Source: a plasmid. From it: a DNA stretch of 64,000 nt. This document shows positions 51,599 to 63,975 of this stretch, one piece after another. The DNA is taken from sequence record CP128686.1; one strand, 5' to 3'. Both the position numbers and the translations under genes were made by a program. The notes beneath the pieces were generated by a model, which had not been told where the DNA came from, did not search any database, and was given only the letters and a program-made list of their open reading frames with translations. How positions within the stretch are numbered: the stretch's first letter is position 1; each line of letters begins with the position of its first letter.

Positions 51599-51922
51599 TT
51601 ATCCTTTTTGAGCAGCTTTTTCTTCTTTTCTTTGTTTTTTTAATCTCCGTTTTTCCCTGAAATTTGCAACGGTATAGAGAGTGACTGATGCAATGAAATT
51701 CACCAGTGCAGCAAACTCTACTGCCAGATTGATCACGGCAGGTTTGACAGGAAGCCAGAGTGAGACAAGGAGAAGGAGGAACGATGTGATACACCGTAAG
51801 GCGTGTACATTAGAGCCTCCACTCTGGTTAATCATACCCGTACCGGAACAGATTTTGTTTGTCAGATAATTTAATCCGAATGCACAAACAGCAGTTACTA
51901 ACAAGAAAATCGCGTAAGTCAT
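51599..51922 (-). CDS. Small membrane protein of 107 aa
   Basis: Hydrophobic segments; 4-nt overlap with the upstream gene. Confidence 0.4.
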   Translation of the reverse strand: MTYAIFLLVTAVCAFGLNYLTNKICSGTGMINQSGGSNVHALRCITSFLLLLVSLWLPVKPAVINLAVEFAALVNFIASVTLYTVANFREKRRLKKQRKEEKAAQKG

Positions 51923-52191
51923 TTTTCCTCCAGAGGTTTTAATCTTAATTTGACCACGTTAACCAGTTTCATTATTCCCGCCTCATCCGGTACGAAAATG
52001 TAACGACATCTCGGCCATGTTGCGTGTGTAAATATCTTACCAGCGGTGTTGATATTCAGAGGAATAAGCCTTTCGGTCTTGCTCAATGGCATTTTCTCTA
52101 TCGGGATCAACCCTGACTTAAAACTTTTTATCATTAAGTCGAGAGGGGTTTTACAATCTTTATTGCTCATCGTTTCTGTGTAACGGATCAT
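51919..52191 (-). CDS. Hypothetical 90-aa protein
   Basis: ORF track; operon context. Confidence 0.35.
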   Translation of the reverse strand: MIRYTETMSNKDCKTPLDLMIKSFKSGLIPIEKMPLSKTERLIPLNINTAGKIFTHATWPRCRYIFVPDEAGIMKLVNVVKLRLKPLEEK

Positions 52192-52206
52192 CCCGGCAAT
52201 CGTTAC

Positions 52207-52677
52207 CTATATCGTTCCTATATCAGATTCGAATTTCGGCAGCACCGGCCAGTAAGGAATTTCAAAATCCACACTGGTAAGCGCCTGTTCGTAACCCTGC
52301 TCATTTGTTTCTGCAACCGTTTTAAGGCCTGGGAACCGGGCGTGCATAAATTTGATAATCTTTACCACATTGGGCGTGCTGGCCTGACGCTGATATATCT
52401 CTGGCAGCCATGTGGACGTGGTGGCCCATGTCGTGGTGCATGCATAAGTTTTTTGCTCCATATGCCATAAAATAGAGGTGTCAGCCAGGAAGTGATGAAC
52501 AGTCAACAGCTCGGCCAGCAGCCGATCTTCATCTGGATGTGTTATGGCATTTTTGAAACAGACCTGTACGCGGAAACGTTCTTTTGCAGACAGAAAAGTG
52601 TTTCCCCTACTGACGGCCACTTTGTATAACCTCCTGGCCGGATCAGCTTCACAAATCCCGGTTAGAATCCGGCTCAT
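52207..52677 (-). CDS. Hypothetical 156-aa protein
   Basis: ORF track; 4-nt overlap with the upstream gene. Confidence 0.4.
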   Translation of the reverse strand: MSRILTGICEADPARRLYKVAVSRGNTFLSAKERFRVQVCFKNAITHPDEDRLLAELLTVHHFLADTSILWHMEQKTYACTTTWATTSTWLPEIYQRQASTPNVVKIIKFMHARFPGLKTVAETNEQGYEQALTSVDFEIPYWPVLPKFESDIGTI

Positions 52678-53633
52678 TTTGACTCCCTGATGACTTCCAC
52701 CAGCCCTATACGGGGCAGGACAGAACGATATTTTTCATTAAAATCGCCGCGCTTCTGCCTTTCACCTTTTACGTAATTTTTTAACGGATTAAACCGTCCC
52801 GGTTCGCTGAACAAAATTAATGGTAAAGGCGCGCGAAAGTTGAGTTTGTACGGCCCATGAACATCATCTGGATCTTCAGGACTGGTGTACCGGATATTGA
52901 CGTTAACAGCCGGAAAGTTACTTTCCCGGATGAGCCGAAATTTTCTCGAACTTTCATCGTCATGACTCACTTCATCATTGAGCAACGACAGCATCATGAT
53001 TTCTTCGGTTCGTTCCTGTTTCAGCCGTTCAACATCCTGTTTTGTCAGACTGATATCCGGCTGGAGCTCAGTTATCTCCCTGCGCAAGCGGTCGATAACC
53101 GTTTCCAGCCGGGTAAATTTATGAATGACAGGGATTTGCCAGGTGAACCCCAGGGAGCGAATTTGCTCAGTAACGATCCGGATATTACGGGACACCTGTA
53201 AAGTCACCAGCCACGGGTAAACCTGATGCAGAATTTCTGACCGGGAGTCCTGGTAATGAGTGATAGCTTTTACAGCCTCAGCAAATTTGTCGCGAAGCCG
53301 GTTGATTTCACCCACCAGCGACATCACCTGATCATGATTGTTTCTGACCACAACGAATCCGGGATATTTTCGGGTGATTTTGGTTGAATAATGCTCATCC
53401 CTGACATGGACTTTATCAACCCGCTGCTGCCGGTAAATATCCACCAGGGTGTCGACGTCGGGTACCGAATGAGTCACATTGATTTCCTGTGGAGGATTCA
53501 ACTCCTCAACACTACGGGGCTCCGGGAGCGTGGCAAGGTAAGATGAGCCGATATCGCTGTGACGGAGTAAACTGTGCAGCTCACCGAGTTTGCGTAGTTG
53601 CTCTTCGTTGTAATGGGCAAAGTCAGTATTCAT
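52674..53633 (-). CDS. Hypothetical 319-aa coiled-coil protein
   Basis: ORF track. Confidence 0.45.
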   Translation of the reverse strand: MNTDFAHYNEEQLRKLGELHSLLRHSDIGSSYLATLPEPRSVEELNPPQEINVTHSVPDVDTLVDIYRQQRVDKVHVRDEHYSTKITRKYPGFVVVRNNHDQVMSLVGEINRLRDKFAEAVKAITHYQDSRSEILHQVYPWLVTLQVSRNIRIVTEQIRSLGFTWQIPVIHKFTRLETVIDRLRREITELQPDISLTKQDVERLKQERTEEIMMLSLLNDEVSHDDESSRKFRLIRESNFPAVNVNIRYTSPEDPDDVHGPYKLNFRAPLPLILFSEPGRFNPLKNYVKGERQKRGDFNEKYRSVLPRIGLVEVIRESK

Positions 53634-53675
53634 ATCGTCTCCCGTATCGTATTCCTGAACGTGCGACGGTAATCG

Positions 53676-54083
53676 TTAAACAAACTCTGGTAAAGACTTA
53701 AACGTCAGCCATACAGGCTGGCGTCGCCCGTCCCTGCATACTCTGACGAGGCGATAACGGTTTTTCTCCATCGTGACCAGCCAGTACCCATCGGAGACAG
53801 GGCGATCGAGAGTGAACAGTTTTAACCCGTAAAAACCCATCGAGGTAAACAGACGCCCTTCCCGCTCCCGGAAAGAGACCGTAAAGGACGGGAACAGAAG
53901 CCAGAATGCAGTGAAGAAAACATACCAGGTATACGGAACAGTCAGTTGTAGAATTTCATAGTTCCTGACGGTAGCTGTGACCAGGCCAAGGCTGAATACA
54001 GCAGCAATGCTGGCATATACTTTGAAAGACGCGCTATCGGAGTTTTTCCAGGTAATACCACTAATACAATGCACTTTGCTCAT
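53676..54083 (-). CDS. Small membrane protein with a bacterial PH (bPH)-like domain, 135 aa
   Basis: Two TM segments followed by a PH-like region. Confidence 0.35.
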   Translation of the reverse strand: MSKVHCISGITWKNSDSASFKVYASIAAVFSLGLVTATVRNYEILQLTVPYTWYVFFTAFWLLFPSFTVSFREREGRLFTSMGFYGLKLFTLDRPVSDGYWLVTMEKNRYRLVRVCRDGRRQPVWLTFKSLPEFV

Positions 54084-54092
54084 CGCCTTGCC

Positions 54093-54542
54093 TCAATGTA
54101 GTTGTCTGCGCACTTTCATCCGGGGAAGAATTTCTTTCTCCCACAGAGACCTTGCATTCCCATGCCCCCCCAGGAGTTGCATTGCACAAACCCTGTTAAA
54201 CACGGTTACTTCTTTCCTGATTGCCTGGGTTTGGCTGTCTGTGAGCTCAATGCATTCCGGTACCAGCTGCATAACACCGTTCATCATTTCGGCCTTTATG
54301 AGGCCTGGACCGTCTTTAGGGTCGGCCTCACAGGATTCCTTTACATTAAACCCGAATGAACAAAGAAGCTGGCCCTGTGCCTTAGGCCCCATCTGGCCCC
54401 CCCGGCTATCGACGGTAAAGCGGACGATCGCGTAATCCCCTCCCTGATCGCTGGTTATGTTTCTTACCAGCATGCTGACCGGAGTCATATGAAGCCAGCT
54501 GTAGATACCCAAAACAATTTCTTCTTTTAAAATCATATTCAA
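54093..54542 (-). CDS. Hypothetical 149-aa protein, first gene of the cluster
   Basis: ORF track. Confidence 0.4.
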   Translation of the reverse strand: MNMILKEEIVLGIYSWLHMTPVSMLVRNITSDQGGDYAIVRFTVDSRGGQMGPKAQGQLLCSFGFNVKESCEADPKDGPGLIKAEMMNGVMQLVPECIELTDSQTQAIRKEVTVFNRVCAMQLLGGHGNARSLWEKEILPRMKVRRQLH

Positions 54543-54556
54543 TTTTGGATTGGCCC

Positions 54557-55462
54557 CTATATTTCCATACCCTTTTTATCACTTAACCCATTACTGGTTC
54601 GCCGCCGCAGATATTCCCGTGGCGAACGATACCCCAGCGCACTATGCGGATGCCATTCGTTGTAATGTTCGAAGGCCTCCGCAAGGTTCTTTACCGCTGT
54701 TAACCCGTCGGGTTTCGGCATGATGCTGATGTAATCGCGCTTCATCGTTTTCACGAAGCTCTCTGCCATACCGTTGCTTTCCGGGCTACGTACCGCCGTA
54801 TGTTTAGGCTCCAGTCCTACCATTCTGGCGAACTGACGCGTCTGATAAGAACGGTAGGCTGAACCGTTGTCTGTCAGCCACTCAACGGGGGATGTCGGCA
54901 GGCTGTTACCGAAACGACGCTCCACGGCACCCAGCATGACGTCCTGCACGGTTTCACTGTCATATCCACCGTTACTGGCCGCCCAGTAAAGTGCCTCGCG
55001 ATCGCAACAGTCCAGAGCGAACGTGACCCGCAGTTTTTCACCGTTATCACAGCTGAACCCGAAGCCGTCAGAGCACCACCGCTGGTTACTTTCTCCAACG
55101 GCCACTTTCCCTGTATGCGCCCGCTTCGAGGGCGGTATTTCCGGTTTACGCTCAAGCAGCAGCGCATTCTGACGCATGATGCGGTATACACGTTTGGCAT
55201 TGATCACCGCCATGTCGTCAGTTTCTGATTGTCTGCGTAGCAGTGCCCATACCCGACGATAACCATAGGTGGGCAGATCGCCGATAACAGTATGGATACG
55301 GGCCAGCGCTTCAGTATCATCAGGCTTGCGCTTGCGTCGGCGATCCTGCCAGTTCTTCGACCTACTGACTATGGCATGCAGTTGCGCACGTGAGATCCGA
55401 AGGCAACGACTGACGAGGCCTATTTGCCATCCTCCGGCAACAAGGGCACGTGCGCTATCCAC
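54557..55462 (-). CDS. IS2-like OrfB (InsD-type DDE integrase)
   Basis: Near-identity with the IS2 InsD pattern. Confidence 0.85.
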   Translation of the reverse strand: MDSARALVAGGWQIGLVSRCLRISRAQLHAIVSRSKNWQDRRRKRKPDDTEALARIHTVIGDLPTYGYRRVWALLRRQSETDDMAVINAKRVYRIMRQNALLLERKPEIPPSKRAHTGKVAVGESNQRWCSDGFGFSCDNGEKLRVTFALDCCDREALYWAASNGGYDSETVQDVMLGAVERRFGNSLPTSPVEWLTDNGSAYRSYQTRQFARMVGLEPKHTAVRSPESNGMAESFVKTMKRDYISIMPKPDGLTAVKNLAEAFEHYNEWHPHSALGYRSPREYLRRRTSNGLSDKKGMEI

Positions 55463-55644
55463 TTTTTTTGTCGGCCATATTCAACGGCTTCTTTCAGCAG
55501 CTCGTTTTCCATGGTTTTCTTGCCCAACAGGCGCTGCAGCTCTTTAATCTGCTTCATCGCAGATGCCAGCTCCGACGCGGGTACAACCTGTTCACCAGCG
55601 GCAACAGCAGTGAGACTGCCTTCCTTGTATCTTGAAGACTGATT

Positions 55645-56791
<1,147 letters not shown>

Positions 56792-57006
56792 GATATTGCT
56801 TACGCCACAGGAACAGCTGACTGGCAGCAACACCATGCTGACGGGCGACCAGCGACACGGTCATTCCGGGTTCAAAGCTCTGCTGAACAATGGCGATTTT
56901 TTCCTGAACACTTCGCCGCCTGCGCTTCTCTGGACCTAAAACATCAATCATCCGGACTCCAACGACTAGTCTAAAAACTAGTATTAAGACTATCACTAAC
57001 TTAAGT

Positions 57007-57064
57007 GTAAGCGTTAAGTGAGCGCCGTATTGACGGTTATTTATCGGTAAGAACCACGTTCCAT
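57007..57064. repeat. 58-bp tandem duplicate of the IS66 terminal inverted repeat (GTAAGCGTTAAGTGAGCGCCGTATTGACGG...)
   Basis: Exact repeat of 57065-57122. Confidence 0.8.
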
Positions 57065-57095
57065 GGTAAGCGTTAAGTGAGCGCCGTATTGACGG

Positions 57096-58688
57096 TTATT
57101 TATCGGTAAGAACCACGTTCCATGGCAGCAGTTCGGCCACTTTGTTGCTGGGCCACTCCGGCAGTACGCTCAGGATATGGCGAAGGTAGGCTTCCGGATC
57201 GATACCATTCAGCCTGCACGTCCCGATCAGTCCGTACAGCAGGGCTCCGCGCTCACCACCGTGGTCGCTGCCGAAGAAGATAAAATTCTTTTTCCCAAGA
57301 CAGACGGCACGAAGGGCTCGTTCGGCAGCGTTGTTATCAGGCTCTGCCAGGCCATCTTCACAGTAGTAGCACAGCGCATCCCACTGGTTCAGGACATAAG
57401 CGAACGCTTCGCCCAGACGGGACTTTTTCGACAGCGTCTCATTTTTTTCTACCAGCCATTCATGCAGCGATGCCAGCAGTGGTTTGCTTTGCGATTGTCT
57501 GGCTGCCAGACGCTCTTCTGTCGTGAGGCCGCGTATTTCTTCTTCTATCGCGTACAGCTCACCGATACGTTTCAGGGCTTCTTCTGCTGTCGCTGTGTGA
57601 GTGCTTATATAGACATCATGGATTTTTCGGCGGGCATGGGCCCAACATGCGGCTTCTGTCAGCGGCCCTCCTTCACGTTCCGGACTGAACAACCGATCGT
57701 AGCCTGCGAAGGCATCCGCCTGCAGCACACCATGATAGTGGCGAAGGTGTTGCTGAGGATGTTTTCCCTGCCGGTCTGGCGAGAAGGCGAACCATGCCGC
57801 TGGCGGATCTGATGAACCTGCGCTTCTGTCGTCACGTACATACGTCCAGATACGCCCGGTTTTCGTCTTCTTTCTGCCCGGTGCAAGCACCGGAACCGGA
57901 GTGTCATCCGTATGCAGTTTGTGGCAGTCCATCACGTAGTGGTAAAGGGCCTCATCCAGCGGGGCCATTAACCGGCAACAGGCATCCACCCAGTTGGAGA
58001 GCAGAGCCCGGCTCAGATCCACGCCCTGACGGGCAAAGATTTCGCACTGGCGATACAGCGGCAGGTGTTCGCAGTATTTGGCCGTTAACACGCGGGCCAG
58101 CAGACCCGGCCCGGCGATACCCCGATCGATGGGACGTGATGGCGCAGGTGCTTCAACGATACAGTCACATCGGGTGCAGGCCTTTTTCACCCTGACCGTG
58201 CGGATCACTTTCAGGGCGCTGGAGACCAGTTCCAGCTGCTCCACGCTGACTTCGCTGAGGTACGCCATACCGCTGCCGCATTCCGGACAGCTGGTTTCCG
58301 CAGGATCCAGCCGATGTATCTCGCGGGGAAGGTGTGCCGGTAACGGGCGACGATGGCGGGACTGACGTAACTGGCGAGGTACCTGCGGATCGTCTTCCCG
58401 TCCGTTGTAGCGATCGCTTTGCTGCTCCTGCTGTTTCAGCAGGGCTTCGGCTTCTTCAACCTGTCGGCGAAGTTTTTCGGAGCGGGTACCGAACAACATT
58501 CGACGCAGTTTTTCTATCTGTGCCCGCAGATGCTCTATCTCGCGCTCTTCGTTCTCTATTTTCTCTTCTGCGCGGGCCAGTGCAGAACGCAGGAACGACT
58601 CAGTCTCTGCAACGAGACTGAGCTGACTGTCTTTCTGGCGAAGCGCGTCTTCCAGCGCAGCGATACGGGCGAGATAGTCGTGATTCAT
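57096..58688 (-). CDS. IS66 transposase TnpC
   Basis: Zn-finger CPECG.., DDE domain. Confidence 0.85.
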   Translation of the reverse strand: MNHDYLARIAALEDALRQKDSQLSLVAETESFLRSALARAEEKIENEEREIEHLRAQIEKLRRMLFGTRSEKLRRQVEEAEALLKQQEQQSDRYNGREDDPQVPRQLRQSRHRRPLPAHLPREIHRLDPAETSCPECGSGMAYLSEVSVEQLELVSSALKVIRTVRVKKACTRCDCIVEAPAPSRPIDRGIAGPGLLARVLTAKYCEHLPLYRQCEIFARQGVDLSRALLSNWVDACCRLMAPLDEALYHYVMDCHKLHTDDTPVPVLAPGRKKTKTGRIWTYVRDDRSAGSSDPPAAWFAFSPDRQGKHPQQHLRHYHGVLQADAFAGYDRLFSPEREGGPLTEAACWAHARRKIHDVYISTHTATAEEALKRIGELYAIEEEIRGLTTEERLAARQSQSKPLLASLHEWLVEKNETLSKKSRLGEAFAYVLNQWDALCYYCEDGLAEPDNNAAERALRAVCLGKKNFIFFGSDHGGERGALLYGLIGTCRLNGIDPEAYLRHILSVLPEWPSNKVAELLPWNVVLTDK

Positions 58689-58718
58689 AACCGCTTTTAT
58701 AATGCGGTTATGATTTTT

Positions 58719-59069
58719 TTACAACATTGTCAGTGAGTTAAGGCGGGATATTTTTGGCTGGCGCCAGTCCAGCTTATCAAGGAGCATGGCAAGTTGTGAG
58801 CGGGTGATCGCGATTTTGCCGTCGCGTACAGCAGGCCAGACGAACTGTCCCTCTTCCAGGCGTTTGATAAACAGGCACAGACCATCAGCATCAGCCCAGA
58901 GTATTTTCACGGTATCGCCACGGCGTCCCCGGAAGATAAACAGATGGCCGGAGAAGGGATCCTCATCCAGAACGTGGTGTATCTGTTCGCCCAGCCCGTT
59001 GAAGGATTTACGCATATCCGTGGCCCCGGCGACCAGCCAGATGCGGGTGCCTGACGGGAGGGATATCAT
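58719..59069 (-). CDS. IS66 TnpB
   Basis: Conserved IS66 orf2. Confidence 0.8.
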   Translation of the reverse strand: MISLPSGTRIWLVAGATDMRKSFNGLGEQIHHVLDEDPFSGHLFIFRGRRGDTVKILWADADGLCLFIKRLEEGQFVWPAVRDGKIAITRSQLAMLLDKLDWRQPKISRLNSLTML

Positions 59070-59506
59070 TGTGTCCTCCCGGTCAGTTCGCGGATCAGCA
59101 CAGTCAGCAACTCTGACGACGGGTTCTCCAGCGTCATTTTGCCGTGGCGGAACTCAACATGACAGGAAGTGGCGCTGGCGTGAGCGGAGGAGAACGTACA
59201 CAGAGTGTCATTCTCTGCTGCGGGCAACGGGTCGTTGATAACGTCGACGGACAACAGAATCGGAGAAGCCGGAAGAGATTGAGGTACCACCGGCCCCACG
59301 ATAGTTGCAGGCATTCGACGAGAGATTCGCCCCTCTCTCTGCCAGAGGCGTAGCCACTTAAAAATGAGATTATTATCAACGCCATGTTCCCGCGCCAGTT
59401 GTGCGACGTTGGCATCTGGTCGTGAAGCCAGTTCGACCATCCGAAGTTTGAAGTCACTGGAATAGACGGTACGCGATTCAGTTCGCCAGTTGGCAGCATT
59501 TTCCAT
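59066..59506 (-). CDS. IS66 TnpA, an HTH protein
   Basis: Conserved IS66 orf1. Confidence 0.75.
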   Translation of the reverse strand: MENAANWRTESRTVYSSDFKLRMVELASRPDANVAQLAREHGVDNNLIFKWLRLWQREGRISRRMPATIVGPVVPQSLPASPILLSVDVINDPLPAAENDTLCTFSSAHASATSCHVEFRHGKMTLENPSSELLTVLIRELTGRTQ

Positions 59507-59963
59507 GAACAGAACTCCTTCTAAATTAGACGGAGCTCTAAGCTAGCGATCCCGGGACTGGAATCACAGGCGGCAGTGACTTGACGCTTACGACATATTT
59601 CCGTTTCCATCAAAACGTCTCCGTTCGCCGTTAAAGAGCCTTACTACGGCAACGTGGCCACGGAGAAACTGCTTACACCCACTCAGGACACCAGGGACAT
59701 CATTGCTGACGCCACGGCCTCACAGTGCTGAGCTGATGATGGTTCTGGACGGGATCAACAACTCAGGGCTGGGTAAAGTATGGTTTGCCGGTAGAGGAAT
59801 TGCCCCGGAATGGCCGATGAAACGTGAGATGCCTTCATCGGCATATACCACCCGCTGGAAGGAGCTGCCGGTTGCCCGTTTCTGACCGGCGAAATGACAG
59901 ACGGAACTTGCTGCCAGATCATACTTTACCGATCATGCAGATGACTTGTCTCAGGGGGGAACC

Positions 59964-60180
59964 ATGACAAATATCATTCTGTGTGATGTAACTGCCAGCG
60001 TCAGCGAACTTAAAAACGATCCGGTGGCCAGCGCCGGTGCCGGCTGCGGCTACCCGGTCGCTATTATTGACAGCAACCGGCCTGTTTTTTTATTGTGTGC
60101 CCGCGGTTCTGTAGGAAAAAATGCTCGATCTTCTGGACGCAAAAGACCTGGCGCAATTGATAACAGAACGTCAAAACCAA
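59964..60180 (+). pseudogene. Phd/YefM-type antitoxin remnant. The N-terminal part is in one frame and the C-terminal EKMLDLLDAKDLAQLITERQ.. in another, with a T7 homopolymer and an in-frame TAG.
   Basis: Three-frame translation around 60080-60180. Confidence 0.4.
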
Positions 60181-60544
60181 TATATTTTGTGATCGGACAA
60201 CGTGACAAACGACATCACAGTGGAGACACTGCTGACGAGGTGATCCCAAGGTCGTAAAACGGCCGGAACTGGTTACCGGCCGAACGAAGGACCGGCCTAC
60301 GCGCAGCGGCGACAACTGGCTTTAAAAATGCTGGCGGAAATTTAAAATTAAGCCGCATACCCTGCGAAATTTTGCAGATTTCACTCAACATGCATGCTTC
60401 GTTCATTTCCCAACAGAGCTCTCACCATCGCCTGTAATAGCAGTCCTGCTGCGTGATTACTCCGCTCAACGGGTCACCGGCGCCATGCCAATACCTGTTC
60501 GTGACAGGCATTGATGGAACTGCGATCCCAAACTAATAATGTAA

Positions 60545-61034
60545 CGACGATGCAGGTGGGACCGTGGTCCCAGGCTGAAAACCTAAACGACGATACAGGT
60601 GGGACCGTGGTCCCAGGCTGAAAACCTAAACGACGATACAGGTGGGACCGTGGTCCCAGGCTGGAAGCCTAAACGACGATGCAGGTGGGACCGTGGTCCC
60701 AGGCTGAAAACCTAAACGACGATACAGGTGGGACCGTGGTCCCAGGCTGAAACCTAAACGACGATGCAGGTGGGACCGTGGTCCCAGGCTGGAAACCTAA
60801 ACGACGATGCAGGTGGGACCGTGGTCCCAGGCTGGAAGCCTAAACGACGATGCAGGTGGGACCGTGGTCCCAGGCTGGGAGCCTAAACGACGATGCAGGT
60901 GGGACCGTGGTCCCAGGCTGGGAGCCTAAGCGGCGATACAGGTGGGACCGTGGTCCCAGGCTGGAAGCCTAAACGACGATGCAGGTGGGACCGTGGCCCC
61001 AGGCTGAAAACCTAAACGACGATGCAGGTGGGAC
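60545..61034. repeat. sopC: sopC-like centromere: twelve 43-bp direct repeats, each with the inverted repeat GGGACC-GT-GGTCCC
   Basis: Repeats counted directly; same architecture as F-plasmid sopC. Confidence 0.85.
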
Positions 61035-61133
61035 CGTGGTCCCATAGAGAGTATTCAGGCCAGTTATTTTTTCTGGCCTGTGAGAAAGGAAATGAAGTAA
61101 AGGGAGATAACCGTAGACTAAAGCGTGTCCGCA

Positions 61134-62105
61134 TCAAACTCCTAGTTTCTCAAGCTCCTTAAGAATGGCTTCTATTTTCTCTATACACTCCGCAGGAATG
61201 CGGGACCTATCCAGGTTAAGCACCATTTTATCGCCCTTGTACAATGCTGTTGCCCCTGGAGCAAACTGATGACGTGAGCTCAGATTAACTCTTGATGCGG
61301 AAGATTGTTTCAGTACGGATGTTAAAAGACTAATGACCTCTTCAGCTTCGAAGATTAGTCCCGCTTTCTTCTGATCGTGGAGAGTCTCAGCCTGCTGCTT
61401 CAGTAATTCTTCTTTATCTGCAAAAGCCTTCTGAAGGGCTTCACCTGACCGGGCAGACAGTTCTCCAGGATGTGCAAACAGGGCAACAACGGATTTAGGC
61501 AGTTTGGCCGTATTGATACAGCGGGTAATGATCTTACGAGAGATGTTTTCCGCATCGGCAAGTGCAGAAATATTTCCAGCAAACTCATTCTGCAGCCGGC
61601 TTGTATAACGCAGACCACGTTCATAAGCACTCGTCGGCCGATAATCGTTACCCAGTCGGGACAATGCTGCCATCTGCTCATCGTCCAGTTCACCAACCAG
61701 AATGCGATAATCACTTTCCGTCAGGATTGCGGCTTTACGGCGACGGCTGCCGTCTGCAATTTCAATGACATCGGAAACCCGGCGGCCGAAAGCTGGAGTC
61801 TGCTGACCAGTCAGTAAAAATGAAGGAATGAGATCATCCAGAGCATCTTCGGTAAGTAGTTCCTGATCGCGCTCATTGCCTGACCATACGCGTGAAGCGC
61901 TCTCAACAGAGTCTCCCCGGAGCACTTCAAGGGTAAATTTTACTTCCCGTCCACATACCGGAAGAGAGATGGCATTACCGCGGGCCATAGCACCCACGCG
62001 CGCAATTAATGAATCCACCATAGGCGCAGCCGGCGCCGGTGATGAGGTATCTTCAGTCGATTGAGTATGTGTGGTATGTCTTGGAATGACAGGGGCACGC
62101 TTCAT
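61134..62105 (-). CDS. sopB: ParB-family centromere-binding protein SopB, 323 aa
   Basis: Near-identity pattern with F SopB. Confidence 0.85.
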   Translation of the reverse strand: MKRAPVIPRHTTHTQSTEDTSSPAPAAPMVDSLIARVGAMARGNAISLPVCGREVKFTLEVLRGDSVESASRVWSGNERDQELLTEDALDDLIPSFLLTGQQTPAFGRRVSDVIEIADGSRRRKAAILTESDYRILVGELDDEQMAALSRLGNDYRPTSAYERGLRYTSRLQNEFAGNISALADAENISRKIITRCINTAKLPKSVVALFAHPGELSARSGEALQKAFADKEELLKQQAETLHDQKKAGLIFEAEEVISLLTSVLKQSSASRVNLSSRHQFAPGATALYKGDKMVLNLDRSRIPAECIEKIEAILKELEKLGV

Positions 62106-63280
62106 TATCTAATCTCCCAGCGTGGTTTAATCAGACGATCAAAAATCTCATCGCAAACAGGCTCCCAGATAGAGAGGGCATTACGCCAGGCACCTGTTGA
62201 AGAACGTTGATCAATAGCCTGTTCAAAAACGGTTCTCATACGGATCTGACCTTTACCGACTTCATCCGTTTCGCGCACAACATTTTTAAGGACCATGCTT
62301 CCCCAGGCATCCCGAATTTGTTCTTCCATCCACGGGGACTGCGAGCCGTTATTATTACTGTATTTGGTAAGCAGAATACGGACATCTGGCTCGAAGCCTT
62401 TAAGATCCACGTTCTTAAGCAGGTCACGAAGCATATCGAAAAACTGCAGTGCGGAGGTGTAGTCGAACAGCTCTGCCGGAGTAGGGACAATCAATACATC
62501 AGCAGCGCATACAACATTTATCGTACCGATACCAAGGTTGGGTGCACTGTCGATAACAATCACGTCATAATCATGAGCGACCGTTTCAATGGCCAGACGG
62601 AGCATCAGGTGCGGGTCAGTAGGTAATTTGCCTTCGTCAAATTTCCCCATCAGCTCAGTTTCAATGCGGTGCAGTGCCAGACAGGACGGGATGATATCAA
62701 GGCCAGGCCAGCAGGTGGGCTTAATAGCGTAGCTGGCATCATCCTTTTCCCCAAGATAAAAGGGCAGGAGAGTGTCCTCAGCATGAATATGAAGATCGGG
62801 CACCCATCCGTGATACATAGAAGCCGTTCCCTGTGGGTCATTGCCTTCAACGAGAAGAACACGGAGTCCTTTCAGGGCTAGGTCCTGAGCTAGGTGAACA
62901 GAAACGGAGGTTTTGTAAACCCCCCCTTTATGAGCCGCAACCCCGATCACCGGAGGGAAAGCATCTTCTGCACGCCGCAGTCGGGTACCGAACACATCCC
63001 GCATATGATTGATTTGTTCGATGGTATAACCAACACGTTGTTCAACTCTGCCACGGGTTTCCATATCAGGGTGAGGTAACCGGCCGGCTTTCTCTGCATC
63101 CCTGATTGCCTGAGAAGAAACGCCAACCAGATCCGCCGCTTCACCAATTCTCCAGCGGCGGGTGATCTTCCTTGCTTCCGGACTGTCGTCATTAAACTGC
63201 GCAATGGCGATAGCCTTCGTCATCTCATGTCCAGCAGTAATGCACTGGTTAAGTATATCCATCAGTCCCATTCTGAGCAT
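62105..63280 (-). CDS. sopA: ParA (Walker-type) partition ATPase SopA
   Basis: Deviant Walker A KGGVYKTS; near-identity pattern with F SopA. Confidence 0.85.
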   Translation of the reverse strand: MLRMGLMDILNQCITAGHEMTKAIAIAQFNDDSPEARKITRRWRIGEAADLVGVSSQAIRDAEKAGRLPHPDMETRGRVEQRVGYTIEQINHMRDVFGTRLRRAEDAFPPVIGVAAHKGGVYKTSVSVHLAQDLALKGLRVLLVEGNDPQGTASMYHGWVPDLHIHAEDTLLPFYLGEKDDASYAIKPTCWPGLDIIPSCLALHRIETELMGKFDEGKLPTDPHLMLRLAIETVAHDYDVIVIDSAPNLGIGTINVVCAADVLIVPTPAELFDYTSALQFFDMLRDLLKNVDLKGFEPDVRILLTKYSNNNGSQSPWMEEQIRDAWGSMVLKNVVRETDEVGKGQIRMRTVFEQAIDQRSSTGAWRNALSIWEPVCDEIFDRLIKPRWEIR

Positions 63281-63399
63281 CCTTTAATCATCGCTTTGCA
63301 TCATTTTATTAAATCTTGGGATTATTTGCAAAGCAACAATAAAATCGCAAAGTCATCTGAAAATTGCAAAGCTGACTGTAATGAAAGCTGTAAACCGGA

Positions 63400-63975
63400 G
63401 AAGAGAGGCTCAATCACATACCGCAGTCAATATTTCTCACTACCGCTCGCCGCAGTAAGCGATCTCACGAAGTGAGGAAGTGGAAAAGCACAGAGACTGC
63501 ACAAAGCACGAACGCTACGATGCCGGATACTTCTCCGGATTAGTCTATCTTCATGAAATTGACTGTGATATGTGAAAAATTGACTATGGTATGAAACTAA
63601 AAGCCGAGGGCTGGTCAACAACAAAAGAAGATTCTACATATCGCAGTCAATATTCAATGTTAAATCAGGGAGAGTTACTCATGCGGCATTCAGATTACCC
63701 TTGCAGAACCCCGAATGTGGTGGGGTAGATCTGGCTGGGGATTAACGTTATTCATTGCTTCGATCCAGTAATTGATCCCAAAGAGATCATATCGAGATCC
63801 TAAAGAGATCCCCGGATCGTTGCAGCAGGCGCTATAACTGGCTTGAGCGTCATACTGGATCGACTGTGGAATGTAAAAAGTTGACTGCTGTATGCGAAAT
63901 CTAATACTGTGATATGCAACGGTATTTACTGAGGTATGTATATCCGTTGACTGCGATACGTATAACGACATTCTT
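63400..63975. promoter_or_regulatory. sopA promoter/operator region with at least five copies of the motif TTGACTG(C/T)GATA(C/T)G in both orientations
   Basis: Motif copies at about 63416, 63551, 63571, 63628, 63881 and 63951. Confidence 0.55.

Larger units (their letters stand above)
57065..59591 (-). mobile_element. IS66-family element with ends GTAAGCG...CGCTTAC, carrying tnpA-tnpB-tnpC
   Basis: GTAAGCG termini at both ends; three-ORF IS66 architecture. Confidence 0.8.

Noticed and set aside
60545-61034. Possible CRISPR array suggested by 12 tandem repeats
   Set aside because: The units are contiguous 43-bp repeats with no unique spacers. They lie downstream of sopB, the classic sopC centromere.
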